Assembly (NCBI RefSeq): GCF_004010195.1
Contig: NC_057719.1
Location: forward strand, 7,781,974 to 7,845,973
Reading direction: 5' to 3'
Length of the DNA stretch: 64,000 bases
DNA from: Chiloscyllium plagiosum
Taxonomy: Eukaryota
In this document: piece by piece, positions 11,294-22,388 of the stretch
Layout of the letters: every line of letters begins with the position of its first letter
Position numbering within the stretch: the first letter of the stretch is position 1
Program-made: the position numbers and the translations under genes
The notes under the pieces: generated by a model
Databases searched by the model: none
What the model was told of the DNA's origin: nothing
Seen by the model: the letters and a program-made list of their open reading frames with translations, nothing else

Positions 11294-13249
11294 TCCTGTT
11301 CCCTGGATGCTGCCTGACCTGCTGTGCTGTTCCAGCAATAAAGTTTCAACCGCTGATTGTGAACCCTGTTAGATCAAATGGATTGGTTGGAGTGACAGGG
11401 GCAATGAGGAATTTACAAGAGCAAGGGGGTGTGATGGATGGCAGTTATAGGAAGGGAGAAAGGTTGCAGATACAGTCACTGAGATAGGTTAACTCCAGGA
11501 AAGGTAAAAGAGGTAGGCAGGTAGTGCAGGAGTCTTCTGTGGCTATCCCCATTTAAAATAAGTATATTGTTTTGGAAAATGTAGGGTGTGATGGATTTTC
11601 AGGGGAATGTAGCAAGAACAGCCAAGTTTCTGGTATTGCGACTGGCTATAATGCAATGAGGGGTATGTCATGTTCCGAGAGGTCAATTGTGTTAGGGGAT
11701 TCTCTAGTCTGAGGTACAGACAGATGTTTCTGTGGCCAGCAGCGAAAAATCAAAATGGTGTTTTGCCTCCCTGGTGCCAGTATCAATGATGTCTCGGAGA
11801 GGGAGAGGGACTAGCAGGAGGTCATCATACACATTAGAACCAATGACATAGGAAGGCAAAAGAATGAGATTCTGAAGGAAGAATATAGAGAGTTAGACAG
11901 GAATTTAAAAAGGAGATCCTCGAGAGTATAATATCTGAATTACTTCTGATGCTGAGAGCTAGTGAGGGTAGGGATACGAGGATAGAGCAGATAAATGCAT
12001 GGCTGAGGAGCTCGTGTTTGGGAGAAGGATTTACATTTTTGGATCATTGGAATCTCTTTGGGGTAGAAGTGACCTGTACAAGAAGGACAGATTGCACCTG
12101 AATCGGAAGGGGACTAATATACTGACAGGGAGACTTGCTCGAGTTGCTCAGGAGGATTTAAACTATTAAGGTAGGGGTGGGGGGGGGGGGTGGAGGTGGG
12201 ACACAGTGAAATAGTGAGGAAAGAGATCAATCTGAGACTGGTACAGTTGAGAAAAAAAAAGAGTCAAACAGTCAGGGCAGGCAGGGACAAAGCAGAGAAC
12301 AAAGTAGGACTGATAAATTAAACTGTATTTATTTCAATGCAAGCAGGGAAGGCAGATGAACTCAGGTCATGGTTAGGAGCATGGGACTGGGATATCATAG
12401 CAATTACAGAAATATGGCTCAGGGATGGGCAGGACTGGCAGCTTATTGTTCCAGGATACAAATGCTACAGGAAGGACAGAAAGGGAGGCTGGAGAGGAGG
12501 GGGAGTGGCATTTTTGATAAAGGGTAGCACTACAGCTATATTCAGGGAAGATGTTCTCAGAAATACATCCAGAGAAGTTATTTGGGTTGAACTGAGAAAT
12601 AAGAAAAGGATGATCACCTTATTGGGATTGTATTATAGACACTCTAATAGAGGGAAATTGAGAAACAGATTTGTAAGGAAATCTGTTATTTATAAGATAA
12701 ATAGGGTGGTTATGGTGGGGATTTTAACTTTCCAAACATAGACTGGGACTGCCACAGTGTAAAGGGTTTAGATGGAGAAGAATTTGTTAAGTGTGTACGA
12801 GAAAATTTTCTGATTCAGTATGTGGATGTATCTACTGGAGAAGGTACAAAACTTGACCTATTCTTGAGAAATAAGGCAGGGCAGGTGACTGAGGTGTCAG
12901 TGGGGGACACTTTGGGGCCAGCGATCATAATTCTATTCGTTTTAAAATAGTGATGGAAAAGGATAGACCAGATCTAAAAGTTGAAGTTCTAAATTGGAAG
13001 AAGGCTATTTTCGATGGTATTAGGTAAGAACTTTCAAAAGCTGATTGGGGACCGATGTTCGCAGGTAAGGGGACTGCTGGAAAATGGGAAGCCTTTAGAA
13101 TTGAGATAATGAGAATCCAGAGACAGTATATTCATGTTAGGGTGAAAGGCAAGGCTGGTAGGTGTAGGGAATGCTGGATGACTAAAGTCATTAAGTGTTT
13201 GGTTCAGAAAAAGAAGGAAACGTGGGTTCTAATCTCACTCACGTCGCTT

Positions 13250-13566
13250 TAGTTTAGATTAGATTACTTTACAGTGTGGAAACAGGCCCTTCGGCCCAAC
13301 AAGTCCACACCGACCCGCCGAAGCGCAACCCACCCATACCCCTACATTTACCCCTTACCTAACACTACGGGCAATTTAGCGTGGCCAATTCACCTGACCT
13401 GCACATCTTTGGACTGTGGGAGGAAACCGGAGCACCCGGAGGAAACCCACGCAGACACGGGGAGAACGTGCAAACTCCACATAGTCAGTCGCCTGAGGCA
13501 GGAACTGAACCCGGGTCTCTGGCGCAGTGAGGCAGCAGTGCTAACCACTGTGCCACCGTGCCGCCC
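13250..13566 (-). mobile_element. tRNA-derived SINE (HE1-like), full length
   Basis: tRNA-like head, central core, (aatct)n tail. Confidence 0.9.
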
Positions 13567-13608
13567 ATAGACAGGTGCTTGAGTTGGTGCTGTCTGCATC
13601 CCTTGTTT

Positions 13609-13916
13609 TGGGGGTGCCATAGTGGCTCAGTGGTAAGCACTGCAGCCTCACAGCACCAGGGACCCAGGTTCAATTCCAGCCTTAGTTGACTGTCTGTGTG
13701 GAGTTTGCACATTCTCCCAGTGTCTGCACAGGTTTCCTCCCACAGTCCAAAGATGTACAGGTCAGGTGGATTGGCCATGCTAAATTGCCCATAGTGTTAG
13801 GTGCATTAGTCAGAGGGAGATGGGTCTTGGTGGGTTGCTTTTCGGAGGGTCGGTGTGGACTGGTTGGGCCAAAAGGCCTGTTTCCACACTGTAGGGAATC
13901 TAATCTAATCTATCTA
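13609..13916 (+). mobile_element. tRNA-derived SINE (HE1-like)
   Basis: tggctcagtggtaagcac...ggttcaattcc head; (taatc)n tail. Confidence 0.9.
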
Positions 13917-14821
13917 ATATATCAGATATAGACAAGATAGATCAAATGAATCCTTAGAGTATAAAGGTAGTAGGAGTATACTTAAGAGGGAAAACAGGAG
14001 GGCAAAAAGAGGACATGAGATAGCTTTGACAAATAGAATTAAGGAGAAACCAAAGGGATTTTACAAATGCATTAGGACAAAAAGGGTAACGAGGGAGAGA
14101 ATAGGGCCCCTCAAAGATTAGCAAGGTGGCCTTTGTGTGGAACCGCAGGAGATGGGGGAGATACTAAACGAGTATTTTGCATCAGTGTTTACTGTGGAGA
14201 AGGACATGGAAGGTATAGAATTTAGGGAAATAGATGGTGACATCTTGAAAAATGTCCATGTTACAGAGGAGGAAGTGCTGGAAGTCTTGAAATGCATAAA
14301 AGTGGATATATCCCAGGACCTGATCAGGTGTACCCTAGAACTCTGTGGGAAGCTAGGGAAGTGATTGCTGGGCCTCTTGCTGAGATACTTGTATCATCGA
14401 TAGTCACAGGTGAGGTGCTGGAAGACTGGAGATTGGCTAACGTGGTGCCACTATTTAAGGAAGGTGGTAAGGACAAGCCAGGGAACTATAGACCAGTGAG
14501 CCTGACGTCAATGGTGGGCAAGTTGTTGGAGGGAATCCTGAGGGACAGGATGTACATGTATTTGGAAAGGCAAGGACTGATTAGGGAAAATCACCATGGC
14601 TTCGTGTGTGGGAAATCATGCCTCACAAACTTGATTGATTTTGTGGAGCAATAACAAACGGGATCGAAGAGGGCAGAGTGGTGGACATGATCCATATGGA
14701 CTTCAGTAAGGCGTTTGACAAGGATCCCCATGGGAGACTGGTTAGCAAGGTTAGATCTCATGGAATACAAGGAGAACTAGCCACTTGGATACAGAACTGG
14801 CTCAAAGGTAGAAGACAGAGG

Positions 14822-15120
14822 AGATCTCTAGTGAGTAGAGGGATACATAACCTATCAGTAACATCAAAGCGAAAAGAGAGCAAGATACAATTTTTCCACA
14901 CCATTGTGAGAGGTACAGCGTATGCGAAACAATTAGAGGAGCCATCAAATCCTTGTAGGGCTTCAACATCGCCTGAGATCTGAAAGTCAAAGGCATTTAC
15001 AAGATTAGTGGGAAGTGATGACACAGTGGCTCTCATGTCAACCATGAATTCATGATCATTAACATTAAGGGTCAGCATAGGTTCATCCTCAGGGCTAGTG
15101 GTAACCATGGGAAGATTCAA
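14822..15120 (-). pseudogene. pro: ERV aspartic protease remnant
   Basis: EPMLTLNVN..FMVDMRATVS (degenerate DTGA) and PLLTRDLL (degenerate LLGRDLL). Confidence 0.85.
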
Positions 15121-17840
15121 GGGAGGATGGTGACCTACATCAGGGAGTCCGGTTCGGAAATGGTTCTGTGCAGTAAAAGGGGCAAACTGCTGAGGTCCCG
15201 GGGTGGGGGTGGAATCGGAAGATCGCTGACTTCTTCCATTCTGGTGATCAACAGGGGGCTGCCTTGGGAAAGGGCAGTTCTTGGACCAATGTTCTGGCTG
15301 ATTACAGATGAAGCAAATGTCTGCTCATTTGGGGGCTCTTGGGGGTGGAAGAGGTGGGGAGGAATAGTAAGAGTATGTATAGCGACTAAGGGACATTATC
15401 GACTGTTGGGGAGGGTACATAGGAGGACCTCAAGGTCCATAGGAATGCTGTTGCTATACGGTACCAGCCCTATTGTCTTGCCATACTGGGTGACAGTATG
15501 AGGGTTCCATTCGATAGTCTCGCTGGGAAGGTCTGTTTGGAGTTCTGGTTTTGGGTCTAGCTCCTGCAGTTTGGGTAAATTTGATCTTGACCTTGATTGT
15601 TGAGGCCTTATTGTCGGGGTCCTTTAGTTCCCAGAAGTAACATCCTTCTCAGCGGAATTGTTCAACATCGGCACCTTGACAGTGCCTATTATAGGTTTTA
15701 ATAGCTTTCTGTACTTGTCAGGAAGGACAGTCAGACAAAAGCATTAAATTGGGTACTGACCGTCACCAGAGTAAGCACCATAGCAGTCCTTAAAGCAGAC
15801 GAGGAAATGCTCAGCTACTTTGCTTGAGGGAGGTTTACATGTTGATTGCATGGCGCACTGCTTAACAGAGGGAGGTAATAATCCAATCTGGTTGATTAGG
15901 TTCACCTGGGTGCATAAGCACGAGTTGGGTATGATTATTACATTGTCAAAGTTCTAAGAACTTAGTCCATTTTTCAGGGGAAAGAGTGCATTCTATGAGA
16001 TTAAGTAAGTCTTGGAGGCCGCATTGTAAATGGTCCTAGTCCTATTAATATAATTAATGAATCCTTCGAGATTCTTTCCATAATCTGGAGCCTTATTGAT
16101 GATGCTAAAGAGTTCATGAGGCTTCCAAGGTTGATAAAGGTTAACAAATGGATTTTGTCCCTGATTCTAGGCAAGTGGGTTAGGGACTCTTCTTGTTGGG
16201 AAATTTACCTTGACCATTTCATATCAGGGTGAGTGTGAGGCCTAACATTAAGGTCCCTAAACTTTGATTGTAATTCATCAATGTCTGCAGGATAATGGGC
16301 TGAGAAGTAGCAAATGGAGTTTAATTCAGATAAATGTGAGGTGCTGCATTTTGGGAAAGCAAATCTTAACAGGACTTTACACTTAATGGTAAGGTCCTAG
16401 GGAGTGTTGCTGAACAAGGAGATCTTGGAGTGCAGATTCATAGCTCCTTGAAAGTGGAGTCACAGGTAGATAAGTTAGTGAAGTATGCTTTCCTTTATTG
16501 ATCAGAGTATTGAGTACAGGAGTTGAGAGGTCTTGTTGCGGCTGTACAGGACATTGGTTAGGCCACTGTTGGAATATTGCATGCAATTCTGGTCTCCTTC
16601 CTATTGGCAAGATGTTATGAACCTTGAACGGGTTCAGAAAAGATCTACAAGGATATTGCCAGGGTTGGAGGATTTGAGCTATAAGGAGAGGCTGAACAGG
16701 CTGGGGCTGTTTTCCCTGGAGCGTTGGAGGCTGAGGGGTGACTTTATAGAGGTTTACAAAACTATGAGGGGCATGGATAGGATTATTGGCAAAGTCTTTT
16801 CCCTGGGGTGGGGGAGTCCAGAGCTAGAGGGTATAGGTTTCGGGTGAGAGGGGAAAGATATAAAAAAGACCTAAGGAGCAACTTTTTCAAGCAGAGGGTG
16901 GTACGTGTGTGGAATGAGCTGCCAGAGGAAGTGATGCCTGGTACAATTGCAATATTTAAAAGGCATTTGGATGGGTATAAGAATAGGAAGGGTTTGGAGG
17001 GAGATGGGCCGGATGTTGGCAGGTGGCACTAGATTGGGTTGGGATATCTGGTCAGCATGGACGAGTTGGACCGAAGGGTCTATTTCCATGCCATACATCT
17101 CTGTGACTCTGTGACTCTATGACTTATTTGTGGTGGGGCAGTGGCATTCCAAGGTCCCTTCGCAGGGTTTTCTTCATGTCTGAATCTGAGTTGATTCCTA
17201 GTGTGGATGGCAATGGGATTATGGTAACCATGATCATCCGAATTCTTCTATGCTGGACAGGAGAGGCAACTGAGATGAAAAGGGTGTGGGCCTTGGCATG
17301 TTCGTCCTTGGAATAGGAAGGGGGGGGGTTAAGGTGCTTTTGTTTCATGTTTGCTTTGGTTGGGGAACCTGAAGAGGGGGGGTGGACAAATTAAAAGGTC
17401 TCCTCCTCCGAATCTGATTCAAATTCCTCACTTGCAGGGGAATCATTGTCCTCTAATAATGGGTCTTTGGGATAGGTGGGGTATACGGAATTGTCCTTGT
17501 TGTCCGTCTGGTCCTGCACGTTGCAGCTACAGTCTGATTGTTATTTATTGGTTTCCTTTTCCTTTGGGGTCCTTGAAATTTCAGATTAGGTTGTAGTTCT
17601 CTTCCTTCTTTATGTTTTGCTATTTGTTCTCTTGCGAACTCCAATTCTGTTTCTAAATCATGTGCTTCACATTTGCGTTTTAGTTCTGTCCAATCTAATT
17701 CAAATCCTTCCTCAGTTAATGGACTGATACCCCTTTTAATACAGTTTTGTCTCCACGATGATTGCATGGATTTTTCCCATTTTTCTTTAGGAACATTTTT
17801 CCACACTGATATGGCTTCTTTCTTTTTATCCCAATTCAAT
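15121..17840 (-). pseudogene. gag: ERV gag remnant, interrupted by a CR1 at ~16290-17124
   Basis: Zinc knuckle CFICNQPEHWSKNC (15274-15315); YQPWKPHEL capsid-like motif; Pro-rich segments; position between the 5' LTR and pro. Confidence 0.85.
16290..17124 (+). mobile_element. 5'-truncated CR1 LINE inserted in gag
   Basis: DKCEVLHFG, LYRTLVRPLLEYC, NFFKQRVV; (ctctgtga)n tail. Confidence 0.92.
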
Positions 17841-17844
17841 TCAA

Positions 17845-18985
17845 TGTTACGCTATAACATAGACACCTACAAACCAGACTTGAGTTAAGTTTCTAAAACC
17901 TTTAGCAGAGTAGCAGCGCCAGCTCTTACCCCAAAGAGCGCTCTCAAACTACTCCCCTTATTGTTGCAAATACGTTATCTCTACACAGAAATTGGTATTA
18001 AAATTACAAAAACACCACATGTCCTTAATCAGATAGGCAACAATACAATGGTAAAAGTTTGCAAAGGAAGAGAAACTCATTGACAGGTCTGAATATGCTT
18101 GACTAACTAAGCTACACACACACATCAAAGTGGGAACCCATGATCCAGCCAGGCCCCAAATGGCTGATTGCTATGGCTAAATAACCTTCCCTTTAGTCCC
18201 TCATTATGAGGTACCGTTAGTCTAAACTATGTGGAAAGCTCATGAGGTAATCTTGCTCAGCTAAGATGTCCAGTATCATTGTCCTACAAAATGACTTTTT
18301 CTTTTAAAATCATCTTAGGTTTCCAGAACGCAAATTAAATTCATAACCTTCCCTGATCTCGAGCTCCAGGGAACAACCTACAAACATTCAATTCATGACA
18401 AGCCAGTGTGTTCACTTAAATCAGACCATTAATGGTTAATCTTTCCATCAGCTTCCATCGTGTCTCTCTCTCTCTCTCTCTCTCTCTGTCCCTTGAACCC
18501 TTCAGTCAGTGAATGTAATTTACCATTTTCTCTTTCACTCATGCATGAACATCTTCCAACTTTCAGCCTGTAATGGTACTGAGACATTCACGTCCCAGAG
18601 CAGTCAAGATGAGGGAGCTGAGCTTCATAAATTCAAATCTGATCAGTGCGGTATACATGAAAATGTATCAGGATTGTTATATTACGTACATATTCCACTC
18701 AGCTTATTAAATTACAAGTTATTTTCCTATTGAGTTTGAGTGTTATTAAGAGTCTTTGATAAAAACCAGCAATTTAGTTATTCAACTAAATGTGAAATGT
18801 GTGTGCCTCCAGTGTCCAGCGTGAGAAGGAAGTATTACCACACATTCTACAAGTGAACAAATGTTATCACCTTATTTACACTGATCCATTGACACCAAGA
18901 GCAGATGTCCCCAACTCTTCTGAACAAGCACGTTGCTGCGTTCTCTGCAACAAATGTGTCACATTTAAGGCTACACGCTTTCTCA
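17845..18985 (-). repeat. ERV 5' LTR (~1.14 kb; left boundary tentative)
   Basis: Direct repeat of 3911-5921 without its insertions; TG start on minus at 18985; candidate CA end at 17845. Confidence 0.88.
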
Positions 18986-18989
18986 GTCG

Positions 18990-20860
18990 AAGTGCAGAAT
19001 CAAGAAAGCTAATGGGATACTACCTTTTATTGTGAGAGAAGTTGCATATGAGGATGCTGTAGTTCATTTATACAAGGTATTGTTTTCACAACATTGAATA
19101 CTGTATGCAAATGTGGTCTCTTTGTTTAAGGAAGGATGTCAATGTGTTGGATGCAGTTTAGAAAACTGTAGGTTTACTAGATTGATACCTAGAATGAGTG
19201 GTTTGTTTTATGAGGATAGGTTGGACAGGCCAGACTTGTTGTCATTGAAGTTTAGAACTGTGAAGTGTTTTATTCATTCATGGGATGAGGGAGTTGCTGG
19301 CTAGGCCAGCATTTATTACTCATCCCAGAGGGCAGTTAAAAGTCAACTAGAATGCTGTAGGTCTGGAGTCACATGTAGTCCAGACTGGTAATGAAAGCGT
19401 GACTTAAGTGAAGTGTATGGTCTTCACAAAGTGGACATGGAAAGGATGTTTCCTCTTGTAGATAAATCCAGAACTAGGGGCACTGGTCTAAAATTAGGGG
19501 TTGGCCTTTCAGTGCAATTATGGGACTCTTGACTGCGTCTAAAATGGCCTGGCAAGCCATTTAGTTGCGTCAATTGCTACAAAGTCTGAACAAAGAAATG
19601 AAACCAAACAGATTACTAAGCATCGACCTAGGCACCAGGAAAGACAATGACAGAAACAGCCTTGTCAACGTTGTAAAGTTCTCCTTACTAACCTCTGGGG
19701 CCTAGTATCAAAATTGCGAGATCTTCTCACAGACTAGTCAAGCATTGCTTGACATTGTCTGTTAAGTATGATTCAGTGAGTATGACTATGTCCCAGACAC
19801 CACCATCACCATTCCTGGATATGCCCTGTCTCATGGCTTCAGGTCAAGCATGCGCAAGGAAACCTCCTGCTGATTACCACGTACCCAGTCTGACCTTGGC
19901 TGATGAATCAGTACTCCTCCATGGTGAACAACACTTGAAGGAAGCATTGAGGGGGCCAAGGATGCAGATTCTTCTCTAGGTGAGGGATTTCATTGTCTGC
20001 CACCAAGAGTGGCTTGGGCAGCAGCACTACTGATCAAGCTGGTCGGGTTCTAAAGAACGCAACTGTGAGACTGGTTACCTCACTACCTGCCACAGATCAA
20101 ATGTACTTGACCACCCTCTTATCAAGCTGCTGGCAGCAGATGTATCTGTCTATGATAGTATTGTAAGAATGACTACTGTACAGTCCTTGTAGAGATGAAG
20201 ACCTCCCTAGTCAGTGAGAAAATCCTGCATTTGACATCCTGCAATTGACATGTCATTGACCAGAAACACAGTGGCTACAAGAGCAGCGTCAGAGGCTAGG
20301 AGTGCTGCAATGAGCAACTCATTCTAACTTTGCATCATCGATAAGGCATAAGTCAGGAGTATGATGGAATACTCCCCTCTTGCCTGGATGAGTGCAGCTC
20401 CAACAATGCTCAAGAATCTTGACACTATCGAGGACAAAGCAGCCTGCTTGATTGGCACTACACCCACACGCATCCACTCCCTCCACCACTGATGCTCAGT
20501 AGCAGCAGTGTGTACTATCCACAAGATGCACTACAGAAATTCGCCAAAGATCCTTACCCAGCACTTTCCAAACCCATGACTACTTCCATTTATAAGGAAA
20601 GGAGCAGCAGGTATTTGGGCACCCACCACCTTGAAGTTTCCCTCTGTTCACAATCCTGGCTTGGAAATATATTATCGTTCCTTCTCTCACTGGGTCAAAC
20701 TCTTGGAATTTCCTCTCGAAGGGTATTGTGCATTAACCAACAGCACATGAACTGCAGTGGTTCAAGAAGCTCACTGCCACCACCACCTCAGGGCAATTAG
20801 AAACGGGCAATAAATACTAGCATATCAGCAATGCCTTCTTTCCATGAATGGATTTTAAAA
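18990..20860 (+). mobile_element. Old, fragmented CR1-class LINE remnants of more than one family
   Basis: Degenerate similarity to the CR1 3' region and to the LINE at 37560-39150. Confidence 0.6.
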
Positions 20861-22181
20861 AAAAGATTATTTGTCATAGCTGTGTGGATAGGTAAGCTTA
20901 TAGGAGCAATAATGGTTGAGAATGAAAGGTTGTAAACTTTTAAAATTGTTGGGATTTTTTTCTTATTTTCATGGAATGTGGATTTCACTGATAGCGACAG
21001 CACTTATTGTTAATTTGGAATTGACATTGAGAAGGTGGTGCAGTATGAGTTAAACAATAGATTTTGCTGTATCTCAGTACATGTGACAATAATAAATCAA
21101 AAGAAAATGTTACTTTTATTCAGGGAGTTCCAAAGTTCTGACCCAGTGACCACGAGGGAACAGTGATATATTTTCAAGTTCAGACTGTATGTGACTTGGA
21201 AGTGAATTTAGAAATTGGTGCCATAAAACAGAAAGTGGTGGAAATACTGAGTAGGTCTGACAATATCTGTGGAAAGAAAAATTGTCGTCTTCTTTCCCTA
21301 TCCCCGTATCAGTCGAAGCAAAATGCTCAGAGACACAGTAAAAATTTTACCTCCTTCATCTCTGTTCTGGGCCCTGGAGGGAAAGAGACCGATCACCCAT
21401 GTGCACCAGGACATGAGTTCATAGTCTTCTCTGGAACAGCAGTTTCTCAATGAACTATATAGTCATTTTACAAGAAGGAGCTTCCAGATAAGGAAACATA
21501 CATATCAATTGGGTGATCGTTACATTCACCAAGTGTCAATAGTAGAGATTAAGCCATCAGGTGTTATACAATGAATGACTGGCTTCACATAATGAATGCT
21601 TTTCACCTTGTTAACTGGCTTTACATACTGAATTCTTCTTCATCTCATTAAGTGGCTTTACATAATAAATGTTATTAACCTTGTTAACCCACTATGCTTG
21701 CCTCCAATACCTCATTGTTTACTGCAAGTTCTTATCTGATTTGAGTCATGCTTAGCTGAATCTTTGTTTCATAAAACTCAAAACTTAACTCTTTCCCTAC
21801 CTGCTTATACCTTATACACATTCTCATTCCCTTTTATCATTTCATGATACCCACTGAGATGGCACTACCAGCTTTCATAAGACTCTGACAGCCAGTATTT
21901 AAAGCAAGATATTGACACACAGTAAACAATGATTACAACAGCAAAAAATTAGTCCATTACAGTATACAGAATTTGAAGAATCCATGTGGAAAAAATTCAC
22001 CAGTAAAGTTCTTAAATCCGCAGTCCTTAGTAACCACTCTATCCCCCCCAAGTCGAGTGGAAACGAGCCAGTTCTCCAAGATCTCCTTCAGTAAAGTCCA
22101 ACCTGAAAACAAAATTCAGTCTGTCCTTCTGCATCACTCCACAGAGAAATCTGAATTCTTGGATAAGGGCAGTTAAAATAC

Positions 22182-22388
22182 TTAACAAAACTGACGAGAC
22201 TGCCATCCTGCCCGGAGATGCTTCAGATGAAGGATATCAGAGCATTTGAGCATGAAGTGCAGCAGCTGCAGCTCCAGCAGCAGGCTGGGTGAATGCAGCA
22301 TTCTTTGCTGCTTCTCCCCCTCTGCTGTTAAATGTAACAAAGCCAATTGGCTGCTGTGATGTTAGCTTGATCAGTGAACCTTCATATA
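22182..22388 (-). pseudogene. rbpms2: rbpms2-like processed pseudogene, 3' coding part (3' UTR probably continues leftwards)
   Basis: [28 protein letters not shown] / [26 protein letters not shown] / GWQSRQFC*; matches the recalled RBPMS2 RRM and C-terminus; no introns. Confidence 0.85.

Larger units (their letters stand above)
10605..14821 (+). mobile_element. Near-full-length CR1 LINE (5' UTR, ORF1 with esterase-like domain, ORF2 endonuclease and partial RT), 3'-deleted, inserted in the ERV RT
   Basis: Starts ccaagatgg; ORF1 IVLGDSLV..MVFCLPGA..DRLHLN; ORF2 WDIIAITE, NYRPVSLTS, DFSKAFDK; stops at WLKGRRQR. Confidence 0.9.
3911..18985 (-). mobile_element. Decayed endogenous retrovirus (class I, epsilon/gamma-like): LTR-gag-pro-pol-env-PPT-LTR
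   Basis: Two ~1.1 kb direct repeats, both starting TGAGAAAGCG on the minus strand; polypurine tract; colinear gag, pro, RT, RNaseH, IN and env motifs on the minus strand. Confidence 0.93.

Noticed and set aside
10605..17124. One CR1 interrupted by insertion of ERV gag-pro
   Set aside because: ERV modules are colinear on both sides and ~230 bp of CR1 RT is missing; two independent CR1 insertions plus a deletion fit better
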